Of a DNA stretch of 64,000 nucleotides, positions 1 through 10,580 are shown in pieces; the stretch's first letter is position 1, and each line of letters starts with the position of its first letter. The stretch comes from an uncultured Sphingomonas sp. (GTDB lineage Bacteria > Pseudomonadota > Alphaproteobacteria > Sphingomonadales > Sphingomonadaceae), in NCBI GenBank assembly GCA_963521395.1, contig CAUQTY010000005.1:115354-179353 (forward strand). Direction: 5' to 3'. The notes under the pieces are model-generated. The model was not told the DNA's origin. It searched no databases and saw nothing but the letters and a program-made list of their open reading frames with translations. The position numbers were made by a program, and so were the translations under genes.

Positions 1-21
1 GGTTGTAGGGGGAGAGTTGCG

Positions 22-330
22 ATGCCTTGGCCGACCCTTAGCGCCTTAGTGCTGCTAGGGGCAGCCGTGCCCACGGTGGTTCAGGCGCATCCAGGCGGCT
101 TGAATGCACAAGGCTGCCACAACAATCGGAAGACTGGCGACTACCATTGCCACGGTGGAGGAAGCGGAGGGTTGAGCCGGCCGAAGGCGCTTGGCCTCCT
201 ATCGGGCGGGGTAGGCCCGTTCCCGAACTGCGCTGCGGCTAAGGCGGCCGGAGCGGCGCCAGTGCGTGCCGGTGATCCGGGCTACTCACGTAAGCTTGAT
301 CGCGACGGCGACGGGGTAGGTTGCGAATGA
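22..330 (+). CDS. Secreted YHYH-like / excalibur calcium-binding domain protein
   Basis: Signal peptide; HPGGLNAQGCHNNRKTGDYHCH motif; C-terminal FPNCAAAKAAGAAPV..GDPGYSRKLDRDGDGVGCE excalibur signature; GGAGAG RBS upstream. Confidence 0.85.
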   Translation: MPWPTLSALVLLGAAVPTVVQAHPGGLNAQGCHNNRKTGDYHCHGGGSGGLSRPKALGLLSGGVGPFPNCAAAKAAGAAPVRAGDPGYSRKLDRDGDGVGCE

Positions 331-686
331 GGTCGCATGGTGTGCTGGCGGTCGTCGGCGCCTTAACTCTCTCCGCTTGCAGCAACTCGCCGTCGGCGGA
401 GGAGCGGCTTGCCGACGTAGAGGCCGAAAACGAAGAACTTCGCGGGCGCATTCAGGAGTTGGAGGAGAAACTCGAGACTTCCCAAGCCGCAGCCGAAGAC
501 GTGAAGTCGGAAGCCGAAGAGGTGCGGACGGCAAGTGCCCAGCTTCGGAGCGAGGTCGATCGCCTTGATACGGAGAATTGGCGTGACGTTGTCCCTGGCA
601 TCGAGAGCGCCACGGGCCAGGTGGAATCGAGGCAATCAAGCCTCGACGACTCCGTCGGCGAACTCGACGACACGCTGGCCCAATGA
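327..686 (+). CDS. Coiled-coil lipoprotein, function unknown
   Basis: ATG at 327 overlaps the upstream stop (ATGA); lipobox LSAC; long acidic heptad region. Confidence 0.7.
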   Translation: MRSHGVLAVVGALTLSACSNSPSAEERLADVEAENEELRGRIQELEEKLETSQAAAEDVKSEAEEVRTASAQLRSEVDRLDTENWRDVVPGIESATGQVESRQSSLDDSVGELDDTLAQ

Positions 687-1105
687 TACTCGCCTTTGCC
701 GCTCAGGTGGTAGCCGCCGGCGCCTCGTTTGCTTGCACTCCGACTGCAGTCTGGGATGGAGACGGGCCAGTATGGTGCGCTGAAGGTCCGAAGGTGCGGA
801 TCGCCGGCGTTGCCGCCCGTGAAGCTGACGGCACGTGTCGAACGAACCAGCCGTGCCCGCCTGTGAGCGGGGTCGATGCGCGCGATCGCTTGGTGCGGCT
901 TCTCGGCGGCGGCAAGGGCATGCTCCCGACCGGCCACGTCCGCGTTCGATCGGCGACAATGTCGTGCGTTTCCGACGGATCGGCCGGAGGCTCGCGAACA
1001 GCGGCCTGGTGCATCTCGCCGGCCTTTGGCGACTTGTCTTGCGCCGTTGTCCGCGCCGGCGGAGCGGTTCGCTGGACAAAGTACTGGGGCGGTCACCGCT
1101 GCTGA
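683..1105 (+). CDS. Secreted thermonuclease (SNase)-like protein
   Basis: ATGA coupling; VWDGDGP..VRIAGVAARE and GDLSCAVVRAGGAVRW resemble the SNase DGDT/RL.GIDAPE/DL...LV..G.A motifs. Confidence 0.7.
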   Translation: MILAFAAQVVAAGASFACTPTAVWDGDGPVWCAEGPKVRIAGVAAREADGTCRTNQPCPPVSGVDARDRLVRLLGGGKGMLPTGHVRVRSATMSCVSDGSAGGSRTAAWCISPAFGDLSCAVVRAGGAVRWTKYWGGHRC

Positions 1106-1177
1106 TCAAATCAAGGCCGCTTTGGTGGTGGTCGCGTCGCCCGCTCTAGCCTTTGTCGGAGAATGGGGTGAGCGAAA

Positions 1178-1240
1178 CCGCTCCTGGTGGAGAGCGGAAC
1201 GACCGCCTTCTGATCGTATCAATAGGATGCAGACATTCTC
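1178..1240 (+). repeat. Junction repeat, copy A (partial)
   Basis: TGGTGGAGAGCGGAACGACCGCCTTC at 1185 aligns by eye with the copies at 4400, 38650, 49170 and 53634. Confidence 0.6.
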
Positions 1241-1350
1241 CTTGGGGAGTCCAGTAGCGTCCTCGCCGCACTCTCGGGCAATTCCAGTGGACTAATGTCG
1301 TGCCGCTGCAGCAATAGGGCGATCATCCATCTCGATATGAAAGCGTTCGA

Positions 1351-4158
1351 ATGATCATGGAGGGCAGTAACGACAGTGTTTTAGTCCTTCTTTCGATCCT
1401 AGTCGCCAGCTTTGCCTCGTTCACAGCGCTCAGCCTCGCGGGTCGGATACGCGCCTCAGCGGGCAGAATGCGCAATGTCTGGCTTGGGGCTGCCGCCTTG
1501 GCGCTCGGGGGCGGCATTTGGGCGATGCACTTTGTTGCGATGCTCGCTTTCAGCATGCCTGGCATCATCATGACCTACGAGCCGGGACTGACAATCCTGT
1601 CGTTGGTTCTTGCAGTGTCGTTCACGGCGGGCGGCTTCTTCGTGATGGATTCCCGAACGGCATCTTCCCGTCGGGTGCTCGGCGCGGGCCTGCTCATGGG
1701 CAGCGGTGTTGTTGCCATGCATTACGTTGGGATGGCGGCCATGCGCATGGACGCCACGCTCACGTACACGCCAGCGTGGGTAGCTCTTTCGGTACTCATC
1801 GCGGTTGGCGCAGCTACTGCTGCAGTCTGGCTGTCGTCGCTGGAGCACCAGATCAACCGACAGGTGGCTGCCGCTTTGGCGATGGGCGCGGCTATTTCGG
1901 GCATGCACTACACGGGCATGCGGGCGGCGGCCTTCACAGCATCGCAGGGGGTCGACAACGCCATCGGCGAAGCGGGCGTAACCCAGTCGTTCTTGGCCTT
2001 CTCTATCAGCGGCATCACCATCATCATCTTGGTGCTGGCCTTGGGTGCCGCTGCGCTCGAGCGCTCTTTTCAGGCCTATGCTCGGAGGGAGTCACAGGCG
2101 ACGCTTCGCGTGAGGATCGCAGACGTGCTGCGTGAGGGCGACACCAAGGAAGCCTTGAACGAGGTAGCCGCCCTCATGGGTCGTTATTTCAGTGCCAACC
2201 GCGCGGGCTATGCGCAGCTCGATCCCGTCGAGGACGTATTCGACTACGAGGTGTGTTGGACCGATGGGTCGGTCCCTGACCTTTTAGGACGCTTCCCGGC
2301 GGCCGATTTCGGTGTGAAGATCGTGGCCGAACTTGCGGCCGGGCGCACCGTCGTCGTGAGCCACCTCTTGGAAGCGGAAGTCAGCGACGAATACAGGACT
2401 CAGCAGACGGCCAGAGACGTCGAGACACGGTCAATCCTAGTCGTCCCGTTCGTTCGGGACGGACGCCTTCGCACCATCGTGTACCTGAACTCGTCCGCTC
2501 CTCGCCTGTGGCGAGACGAGGATGTCCGGTTCATGGAGGAGATTGCGGAGCGGACGAGGCTTGTGGCCGAACGCGCGGCTGTTGAGGAAGAGCTGCGCCT
2601 GCTCAATGCGACCCTCGAAGCCCGGGTCGAAGCACGCACTGCCGAGCTACGTCAGGCAGAAGAAGCTCGTCGAGAGGCCGACGCCCTTTATCGCGCCTAC
2701 TTCCGGTACACGCCAGACCCCCTGTTCGTCATCGGCGTAAGCCCCAATGGCGATTTCACGATCGAGCAGATCAACCCAGCCCATGAAGCGGGTGTGGGGT
2801 TTGCTGCCGACGAGGTGCGCGGCCGCAGGATTGAAGAGGTGTTACCCAGCGAAGCGGCCACCAAGGTGCTCGCGGTATATCGTCAAGTCGTCGAAACCGG
2901 GCAAATCCTCCATCTTCGCGACGTCTTCGAGCTGTCGGATGGCCCTAGACACTGGGACACGACTCTGGTGCCGCTCCGAGATGAGGAGGGTCGCGTCGTC
3001 CGCCTCATCGGCTCAAGCCGGGACGTGACCGGCCAGGTGGTTGCCGAAGAGGCACTGCGTCAGTCTCAGAAGATGGAGGCCATGGGACAGCTCACAGGTG
3101 GTGTTGCCCACGACTTCAATAATCTCCTCACGCCGATCGTAGGCGCTCTCGACCTGCTCCAGCGGAAAGGCGTCGGGGGCGAGCGTGAACAACGCCTCAT
3201 AGCAGGCGCTTAGTAGTCCGCTGAACGCGCGAGGACATTGGTTCAGCGCCTGCTGGCCTTCGCGCGCAGGCAGCCGCTGCAGCCCGTGGCCGTAGATCTC
3301 CCCAAGCTTGTGACCGGCATGGCGGAGCTGATCTCCAGCACAACAGGCCCACAGATCAAGGTCGTGGTCGATGCTGCGCAAGACTTGCCGCCTGCAAAGG
3401 CCGACCCCAACCAGCTTGAAATGGCAGTCCTCAACCTGGCAGTGAACGCCCGCGATGCGATGCCTGAAGGAGGCACACTTCGGATCTCGGTCGAGGCGGC
3501 GACGGTCGGCAGGCAACACCGGTCGCAATTAGAGCCCGGCCGCTACCTGCTGCTCTCTGTGGCAGATACTGGCACAGGCATGGATGAGGCGACACTAGCC
3601 CGTGCTGTAGAGCCGTTCTTCTCCACCAAGGGCGTAGGCAAAGGGACTGGCCTTGGTCTCTCCATGGTTCATGGTTTAGCCCAGCAGCTTGGCGGTGCCG
3701 TCACCATCCGGAGTACTGTTGGCGTTGGTACGAATGTTGAGCTCTGGTTGCCGCAAAGCCGAAGCTCCTCGATGGCCGCCGAAGAGGCATCTTTCGGTCA
3801 GGTTGAGCTAACCGGCCAAGGAACTGTGCTTCTGGTGGACGACGAGGATGTAGTGCGTCTTAGCACAGCCGACATGTTGATCGAGCTTGGGTATCAAGTG
3901 GTGGAAGCCAGTTCCGCCGAGGAAGCGCAAAGTCTCCTGAATCGAGGCTTGAATCCACAGCTCGTGATCACGGATCATCTAATGCCCGGAATGTCAGGGA
4001 CGGAACTGGCGAGAACACTGCAGAGCCAGAGGCAGGGCATCAAAGTCCTAGTGATCTCAGGCTATGCAGACACGAGTGGCATTGATCCTGACCTGCCCCG
4101 TTTGACCAAGCCCTTTCGCAATGCCGAACTCGCAGCAAGCTTAGCGGCGCTCAATTAA
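1351..4158 (+). pseudogene. MHYT-GAF-PAS-HisKA-HATPase-REC hybrid histidine kinase, interrupted by in-frame TAG TAG at 3211-3216
   Basis: MHFVAM/MHYVGM/MHYTGM repeats; H-box [11 protein letters not shown]; the same frame resumes after the two stops (SAERARTLVQRLL) into the HATPase N/G boxes and the receiver domain. Confidence 0.9.
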
Positions 4159-4390
4159 CGCCGATCTATGCGGCAGCAAAGCGAAGGGTGCCCGCCTCGC
4201 GACATATTCAGTGGCGTATCAAGCCGGTGGCTGGCCGGCGCTTTCAGCGGGCGAAGGCTGCCATCGGCACGGCGCCCCCAACACTGCGGGCAGCCCGAAT
4301 TCACTTCCTTCGAAATACGCCTGTGTGCCGTCCGCAATGCTGCCCAAAAGTCTCCGGCCGTTTCATGCAGATGCGATCGCCCACTCATAA

Positions 4391-4572
4391 GTCTGCTGCT
4401 GGTGGCAAGCGGACTGGCAAATTGTTGGGCGAGCAACACGGAAAGGCTGCCGTTTGTTCAGACGAACCGAGGCGTCAGCTGAGCGCCCACTTCAGTCGTC
4501 TGTAGGCGGAGGGGGCACCCGTAAGCGGACGTTTTCTTAAGCAGTGGTCACGGGCGAAATCTGCTTACCACC
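4391..4572 (+). repeat. Junction repeat, copy B
   Basis: TGGTGGCAAGCGGAC at 4400 and GGCACCCGTAAGC at 4514, the same spacing as in copy D; inverted CTGCTTACCACC at 4561-4572. Confidence 0.7.
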
Positions 4573-4631
4573 TAGAGCGTAGATGCGAGACCAAGGACGT
4601 CCGCTGCTAACTGGCACGGAGAACCAATAAA

Positions 4632-4722
4632 CATACCGATATTTCGTCAGAATTCTTGATTGCCGTGCCAGTGAGATTTAGAGCACTTTTGCCCTTAATG
4701 AAACTGATTAAACGTCGGAAAC
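4632..4722. promoter_or_regulatory. Two putative TetR operators (consensus TTTTCCGA-N7-TCGGAAAA)
   Basis: CCGA-TATTTCG-TCAGAATT at 4636 and CTGA-TTAAACG-TCGGAAA at 4704, upstream of the fadB-like gene. Confidence 0.6.
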
Positions 4723-4761
4723 GCTTGTTCTTACCGAGAATGGCAGTCTAAAGTTTCCTCC

Positions 4762-6818
4762 ATGACCTCACCAATCACAACTGCGATCCGCGATGGCGTT
4801 CTCGTGATCACGAGCAACAACCCTCCCGTTAATGCCATCAGCACAGCCGTAAGAACTGGCTTGATCGAAGCCATCGAGGCAGCCGAGCAAGACCAAAGCG
4901 TGGCTGCTTGCGTCATCATCGGGGAAGGTCAGACGTTCTTCGCCGGCGCGGATGTCAAAGAGTTCGGACAGGCACCTGTTGAGCCGCTTCTTCCGACGGT
5001 AGTCGACAGGATTGAAGCTTGCAGTAAGCCGGTGCTCGCAGCCATTCACGGAACTGCGCTCGGCGGCGGCCTCGAGATTGCGATGGCTTGCCACTATCGC
5101 CTGGCAGTACCGTCAGCGAAGCTTGGCCTCCCGGAAGTAAAGCTTGGCCTTATGCCGGGCGCGGGTGGGACACAGCGCCTACCTCGACTCGTCGGCGTGC
5201 CTAAAGCGCTCGAAATGATCACCAGCGGGAGTCCGATTGGCGCTCGCGAAGCGCTCGATATCGGACTGATCGACCGGCTGGCGGAGGGCGATCTGCTTGA
5301 GGAAGCCGAGGCGTTTGCGCGTGAATGCAGTCAGATGCGACCGCTCCCAAGGAGCTCTCAATCCGACGCCAAATTGGCTGACGCACGCGTTAGATCAAGT
5401 CTGTTTGACGAATTCCGCCGGGCTAACGCGCGCAAGTTCCAAGGCTTCGAGGCACCAGACGCAATCCTTCAGGCGATAAAGACAGCGGTAACGCTACCCT
5501 ATTCTGAGGGCGTCCAGGAGGAACGGAGCTATTTCTCAAGCTGCGCGGCAGCACACAGGCGAAGGCGCAGCGCTATCTCTTCTTCGCCGAGCGGCAAGCA
5601 GGAAAGATCGACGGCATCGGCAAGGAAGTAACCCCTCGCCCCGTCAATCGCGTCGGGGTGATCGGTGCCGGCACAATGGGTGGCGGGATCTCGATGAACT
5701 TTCTGTCGGCCGGCTTCCCTGTGACCATAGTCGAGATGCAGCAGGACGCCCTCGATCGCGGTACCGCGATCATGCGCAAGAATTACGAGGCGACGGCAGC
5801 GAAGGGGCGAATGACTGCCGAGCAGGTGAGCCAAGCAATGGAAAGGCTAACCGCAACCTTGGACCTTCAAGCACTCGCCGAATGTGACCTCATCATTGAG
5901 GCCGTGTACGAGAATATGGACGTGAAGAAGGGTATCTTCACGAAGCTCGATGACATTGCCAAGCCAGGCGCGATCTTGGCCACCAACACCAGCTATCTCG
6001 ATGTAGATGAGATCGCGGCCTCGACCGAGCGTCCCCAGGATGTCGTCGGGCTGCACTTCTTCTCGCCCGCCAATGTCATGAAATTGCTTGAGGTCGTGCG
6101 CGGCGAGAAGACCGCGACCGACGTGCTAGTTACCGCCATGCAGCTTGCGAAGAAGATCAAGAAGGTCGCGGTGGTCGCGGGCGTCTGCCATGGTTTCATT
6201 GGCAACCGCATCCTTCAGGCCCGGCAAAAGCAAGCGCTTGAGTTATTGCTGGAGGGCGCAACTCCGGCACAGATCGACAAGGTCCACACGGAATTTGGAA
6301 TGCCGATGGGACCTTTCCAGATGGCAGATCTAGCTGGCGTGGACATCGGTTGGCATCGGGATCCCTCGCGCATCGAGTCAATCCGTGAAGCGCTCTGTGC
6401 CGTTGGCCGGCTTGGTCAGAAGACGAGCGCCGGCTTCTATGACTATGACGACAGGCGCCGACCGAGCCCGTCGCCCGTGGTGCAGCAGCTAATCGACGGT
6501 TTTCGCGCGAAGCGAGGCGTCCAGAAGCGCGAGATCAGCGATCAGGAGATTGTCGAGCGCACCCTCTACACAATGGTGAACGAAGGGGCGAAAATCCTTG
6601 AAGAGGGTATGGCTCAGAGAGCATCCGACATCGATGTTGCTTGGGTCTATGGCTACGGCTGGCCCATCTATCGGGGCGGCCCGATGTTCTGGGCTGATAC
6701 AGAAGGCCTCGACAAGATCGTCGCGGGGTTGAAGCGCCAACAGCCACGCATGCCGGAATTCAGCTTCTCTCAGCTACTTCTGAACAAAGCAGAGTTGTGT
6801 GAGGCTTTCATCGACTGA
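4762..6818 (+). pseudogene. Enoyl-CoA hydratase / 3-hydroxyacyl-CoA dehydrogenase (FadB/FadN-like); -1 frameshift near 5525, real or a sequencing error
   Basis: Crotonase GGGLE/PEVKLG motifs, then [10 protein letters not shown] and GLHFFSPA; adding one G in GAACG(G)GAGCTA restores [25 protein letters not shown] and joins the two ORFs. Confidence 0.85.
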
Positions 6819-6999
6819 CCGATGATCGCCAGGGTCCACCGTCACTCAGTTGCCACTAGCGCGCCTGGGATACGTGGAAGAGTGACTCAGGGGGGTACCC
6901 TGCGCAGCTAAGGGCCGCAGCAACAGCATTCGAAGACACTTTTCATGACTGCAATCCGAATAATTATCGTGTTTGCAAGGATGATGCTATAGGTGCGGA

Positions 7000-8277
7000 A
7001 TGGTAGATGCACATTCCCCAGCCCTGCAAGTGACGCCTTCGAGATCTCACCTGAGCTTCGACGTTGCCATTGTTGGTGGCGGCCACGGCGGATCGCAGGT
7101 CGCCATCGCTCTTCGGCAAGGCGGCTTCGAGGGAAGCATTGGGATTATCAGTGACGATCCAAATCTTCCGTATGAGCGCCCTCCTCTCTCGAAAGAGTAT
7201 TTCGCAGGCGAAAAGCAGTTCGAACGCATGCTGTTGCGACCGGCAGACTTCTGGAGCGATCGGCGTATTGATCTTCTCTTAGGCGAGCGAGTGATCTCAT
7301 TAGATAGCGCCGCTCGAACGATCCGCACCTCTGGTAACAACGAGATCGGATATCGCACGCTGGTGTGGGCGGCCGGTGGTGCCACGCGGCGTTTAAACTG
7401 CACGGGGCACGACCTTGCCGGGGTCCATAGCCTGCGCTCGCGCGCCGATGCCGACGCACTACTCGCGGAACTGCCGCAGGTGGAAACTGCGGTTATCATC
7501 GGCGCGGGCTACATCGGGCTTGAAGCAGCCGCAGCGCTGGTCAAGAAGGGCAAGGCGGTCATCGTTCTCGAGGCTCAGGATCGGGTACTCGCGAGAGTAT
7601 CGGCCGAGCCACTTTCGCGTTTCCTGGAAGACGAGCATCGTCGGCAGGGCGTGGATGTAAGGCTTGGAATTCAAGTTGATTGTATTCTGGGCGACGAGCG
7701 AGTCACTGGCGTTCGGCTCCAGAATGGGACCGTTCTACCTTGTGACACGGTTCTAGTCGGGATCGGCATCGTTCCTGAAGTCGGCATCCTCGCCGAGGCC
7801 GGCGCCGAAGTCGGCAATGGCGTCGTTGTGGACGAACGCTGCCGCACCTCTCTGAAAGACGTCTACTCAATCGGCGACTGCGCCATCCATCCCAACCGCT
7901 ACAGTGCCGTGGGTTCGGTGAGACTTGAGTCAGTTCAGAACGCCACTGACCAGGGAACCGTTGTTGCCAAATCGATCCTCGGGCAAGACGTCGCCTACGC
8001 AGCCATGCCTTGGTTCTGGTCCAATCAGTATGATCTGAAGCTACAGACCGTCGGCCTGGGCACTGGCCACGACGATGTCGTCGTTCGGGGGGAGCCATCA
8101 GCCCGTAGCTTCTCTGTTATCTACCTACGCGAAGGCCGGGTGATTGCGCTCGACTGCGTCAACGCCACCAAGGACTTCGTTCAAGGCCGCAAGCTGATCG
8201 AGAGCCGCGCTCAGGTTGATCCGCGAGATCTAAAGGCGCCCGAGCATCGCCTGGCCGATCTAGCCGTCAACAGCTGA
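7000..8277 (+). CDS. FAD-dependent ferredoxin reductase (putidaredoxin reductase-like)
   Basis: VGGGHGG; PYERPPLSK; IGAGYIGLE; RLESVQNA; PWFWSNQYDLKLQ. Confidence 0.93.
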   Translation: MVDAHSPALQVTPSRSHLSFDVAIVGGGHGGSQVAIALRQGGFEGSIGIISDDPNLPYERPPLSKEYFAGEKQFERMLLRPADFWSDRRIDLLLGERVISLDSAARTIRTSGNNEIGYRTLVWAAGGATRRLNCTGHDLAGVHSLRSRADADALLAELPQVETAVIIGAGYIGLEAAAALVKKGKAVIVLEAQDRVLARVSAEPLSRFLEDEHRRQGVDVRLGIQVDCILGDERVTGVRLQNGTVLPCDTVLVGIGIVPEVGILAEAGAEVGNGVVVDERCRTSLKDVYSIGDCAIHPNRYSAVGSVRLESVQNATDQGTVVAKSILGQDVAYAAMPWFWSNQYDLKLQTVGLGTGHDDVVVRGEPSARSFSVIYLREGRVIALDCVNATKDFVQGRKLIESRAQVDPRDLKAPEHRLADLAVNS

Positions 8278-8281
8278 ACCA

Positions 8282-8304
8282 TTTTCCGACTTTTGATCGG
8301 ATTT
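8282..8304. promoter_or_regulatory. Putative TetR operator
   Basis: TTTTCCGA-CTTTTGA-TCGGATTT. Confidence 0.65.
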
Positions 8305-8341
8305 GGTCGACATCGAATTAAAGCCGTGCGATAACTCGTGC

Positions 8342-8869
8342 ATGGCACAGCAAGCTGCGACCCTGACTGCCGCGGACGAGGAACGCCGCGGAAACTTCTT
8401 GCGCTCGATGCGGGCCGTACCGGGCCCGATCGCCCTGATCGCCAGCAAGGCGGACGGCCAACGCTCCGGTCTGGCAGCGACAGCCTGGAACTCGCTCTGT
8501 GCCGATCCACCGATGCTTCTGGCCTGCGTTAATCGCACTGCCAGTGCCTACCCGCTGATCACGACCGCCAGAGCATTCTCAATCAACCTCCTCGCGCGCG
8601 GCAGTGACGAGCTAGTCGCCATCTTTTCCAAGCAGCGAGGGCTGGAGGGTGACGCGCGGTTTCTTGAGGGTGATTGGGACGAAGGTCCGCTCGGCATGCC
8701 TATGCTGAGGCGCTCCGTAGTTTCCTTCGAGTGCGAGCTTGATGGCACGCACGATTACGGGACGCATACAATCCTGATCGGCCGGGTCGGTGAGGTCAGA
8801 GCTCGCGACCAACAGGAGGCGCTTCTCTACGTGGACGGTTGCTTTGCCTCGGCCCTGCGGCAGGCCTAA
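8342..8869 (+). CDS. Flavin reductase (HpaC/RutF-like); probable FMNH2 donor for the LLM monooxygenase
   Basis: SGLAATAWNSLCADPPMLLACVN; GTHTILIGRV; LLYVDG; start placed at ATG 8342. Confidence 0.9.
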   Translation: MAQQAATLTAADEERRGNFLRSMRAVPGPIALIASKADGQRSGLAATAWNSLCADPPMLLACVNRTASAYPLITTARAFSINLLARGSDELVAIFSKQRGLEGDARFLEGDWDEGPLGMPMLRRSVVSFECELDGTHDYGTHTILIGRVGEVRARDQQEALLYVDGCFASALRQA

Positions 8870-9228
8870 CAGTCGTCTTTCTCGATCCAGGCGAGCGGTT
8901 CGCCGAACTCGACCAGCGCACCAATTGCTGACGAGCCTTCGCTAACAATCCCCGACGCGTCGGCTCTGATCTCAACTGCCTCGCCAAGAAGATCGAGCGT
9001 CGCGATCGCCTCCCCTGCCCGCACGAGCTCACCGTCGGCCTTCCGTTGTGACAGGGTTCCCACGTGCGGCGCCATGACCGCCAATCCTTGGCGTCCCGAT
9101 AGCTCGCGCGAGATTGACAGCTGCACGCCGGGCCTGAGCTCGACTTGCATGGATCGCATCTCATTACCCGCAAATGCGCTCAGCAGAGCGCGGGCTTCAT
9201 TCACCAGCTGATCGTCGAGCACGCTCAC
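8866..9228 (-). CDS. Biotin/lipoyl-carrier-like protein lacking the modifiable lysine
   Basis: APHVGT..GELVRAGEAIATLDLLGEAVEIRADASGIV..GALVEFGEPL follows the biotinyl fold, with DLLG where EAMK is expected; GTGA-coupled to the biotin carboxylase. Confidence 0.75.
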   Translation of the reverse strand: MSVLDDQLVNEARALLSAFAGNEMRSMQVELRPGVQLSISRELSGRQGLAVMAPHVGTLSQRKADGELVRAGEAIATLDLLGEAVEIRADASGIVSEGSSAIGALVEFGEPLAWIEKDDC

Positions 9229-10580
9229 GCCTCCCCCGTTAGGAAGCCGGTCTCGAGCCAGCGCGTATGGATCTGGTTGGCAACGAAGTCGGGGTGACGG
9301 ACAATCTGCCGATGCAGGCCGATGGTCGTCTGCACTCCCCCGATCTCAAACTCATCGAGGGCACCGGCCAGTCGATCAATCGCGCTGGCTCGGTCGTCGG
9401 CATGCACGATCAGCTTCGCCACCATCGAGTCGTAGAAGGGTGGAATGGAGGCACCCGCCGTCATATGGCTGTCGACGCGAATGCCTTCGCCGACCGGCGG
9501 TTGCCATGTGGTGACTGTCCCGGGGGACGGAGCGAAGTCACGTTCGGGGTCTTCGGCGTTGATCCGGCACTCGATGGCATGGCCATTGAGCTTGATTTCT
9601 TCTTGCCGGAGGCTCAGCGCCTCCCCGCCCGCAATCCTGATCTGCTGCTGCACTAAGTCGGCGCCGCTGATCATCTCGCTAACGGGGTGTTCCACCTGGA
9701 TGCGGGCATTGACCTCGATGAAGTAAATCTCCTGCCGCTGCACGTCATACAGGAACTCCGCCGTGGCCGCGTTGCGGTAACGAACGCTGCTGGCGAGACT
9801 GACCGCGGACTCGTGAAGCTTCCAGCGCAGATCGTCAGGCATCGCCGCGCAGGGCGCCTCCTCGATCAGCTTCTGATAGCGACGCTGGACCGAGCAATCG
9901 CGCTCGCCAAAGTGCAGCACATTGCCTTGGCCATCGCCCATCAGCTGCACTTCGACATGCCGGGCCTCGGGAACGAAGCGTTCGATGAATAAGGTGCCAT
10001 CGCCGAAGGCAGCCTGCGCCTCGGCTGACGCGCGGGCATAGCCAGCCTCGGCCTCGTCACCGTTACGGGCGATCACCATGCCGCGCCCGCCACCGCCGGC
10101 CGAAGCCTTGATCAGCACGGGATAGCCAATCCGGTCCGCCTCGCGGCGCGCGTCGGCTGCAGACGCGATGTCGTTGCAGCCGGGAACCAGGGGTACACCG
10201 GCTGCTTCAGCAAGCGATCGCGCCTGGATCTTGTCTCCCAGCGCTTCGATCGTCTCTGGGGTGGGGCCAACAAAAGCGATCCCGTGTTGCTCGCAAAGAC
10301 GCGGCAAAACCGCCCGCTCGGACAGGAAGCCATAGCCCGGGTGAAGGGCGTCGCAGCCCGACGCCTTGGCGGCGTGCACGACCAGGCGAGGATCGAGATA
10401 GCTCTCCATTGCCTTTGCCGGGCCGAGCACGATGCTGCGGTCAGCCATGCGAGCGCCAAGACTGTCCTTGTCGGCCTCCGACACGGCCAGAACGGTTTCA
10501 AGGCCAAGTGCCTGGGCGGCGCGAATGATGCGCACCGCGATCTCTCCGCGATTGGCAATGAACAGGCGCTTCAGGTTCAT
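9225..10580 (-). CDS. accC: Biotin carboxylase
   Basis: IANRGEIAVR; HPGYGFLSE; KASAGGGGRGM; ERDCSVQRR; EVNARIQVEHPV; ECRINAEDP; YDSMVAK. Confidence 0.93.
   Translation of the reverse strand: MNLKRLFIANRGEIAVRIIRAAQALGLETVLAVSEADKDSLGARMADRSIVLGPAKAMESYLDPRLVVHAAKASGCDALHPGYGFLSERAVLPRLCEQHGIAFVGPTPETIEALGDKIQARSLAEAAGVPLVPGCNDIASAADARREADRIGYPVLIKASAGGGGRGMVIARNGDEAEAGYARASAEAQAAFGDGTLFIERFVPEARHVEVQLMGDGQGNVLHFGERDCSVQRRYQKLIEEAPCAAMPDDLRWKLHESAVSLASSVRYRNAATAEFLYDVQRQEIYFIEVNARIQVEHPVSEMISGADLVQQQIRIAGGEALSLRQEEIKLNGHAIECRINAEDPERDFAPSPGTVTTWQPPVGEGIRVDSHMTAGASIPPFYDSMVAKLIVHADDRASAIDRLAGALDEFEIGGVQTTIGLHRQIVRHPDFVANQIHTRWLETGFLTGEA

Noticed and set aside
3211..3216. Amber read-through or pyrrolysine recoding of TAG TAG
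   Set aside because: TAG is an ordinary stop for several genes here (for example the SDR ending at 19726, scoB, cap3); no pyl genes are seen; double read-through is implausible
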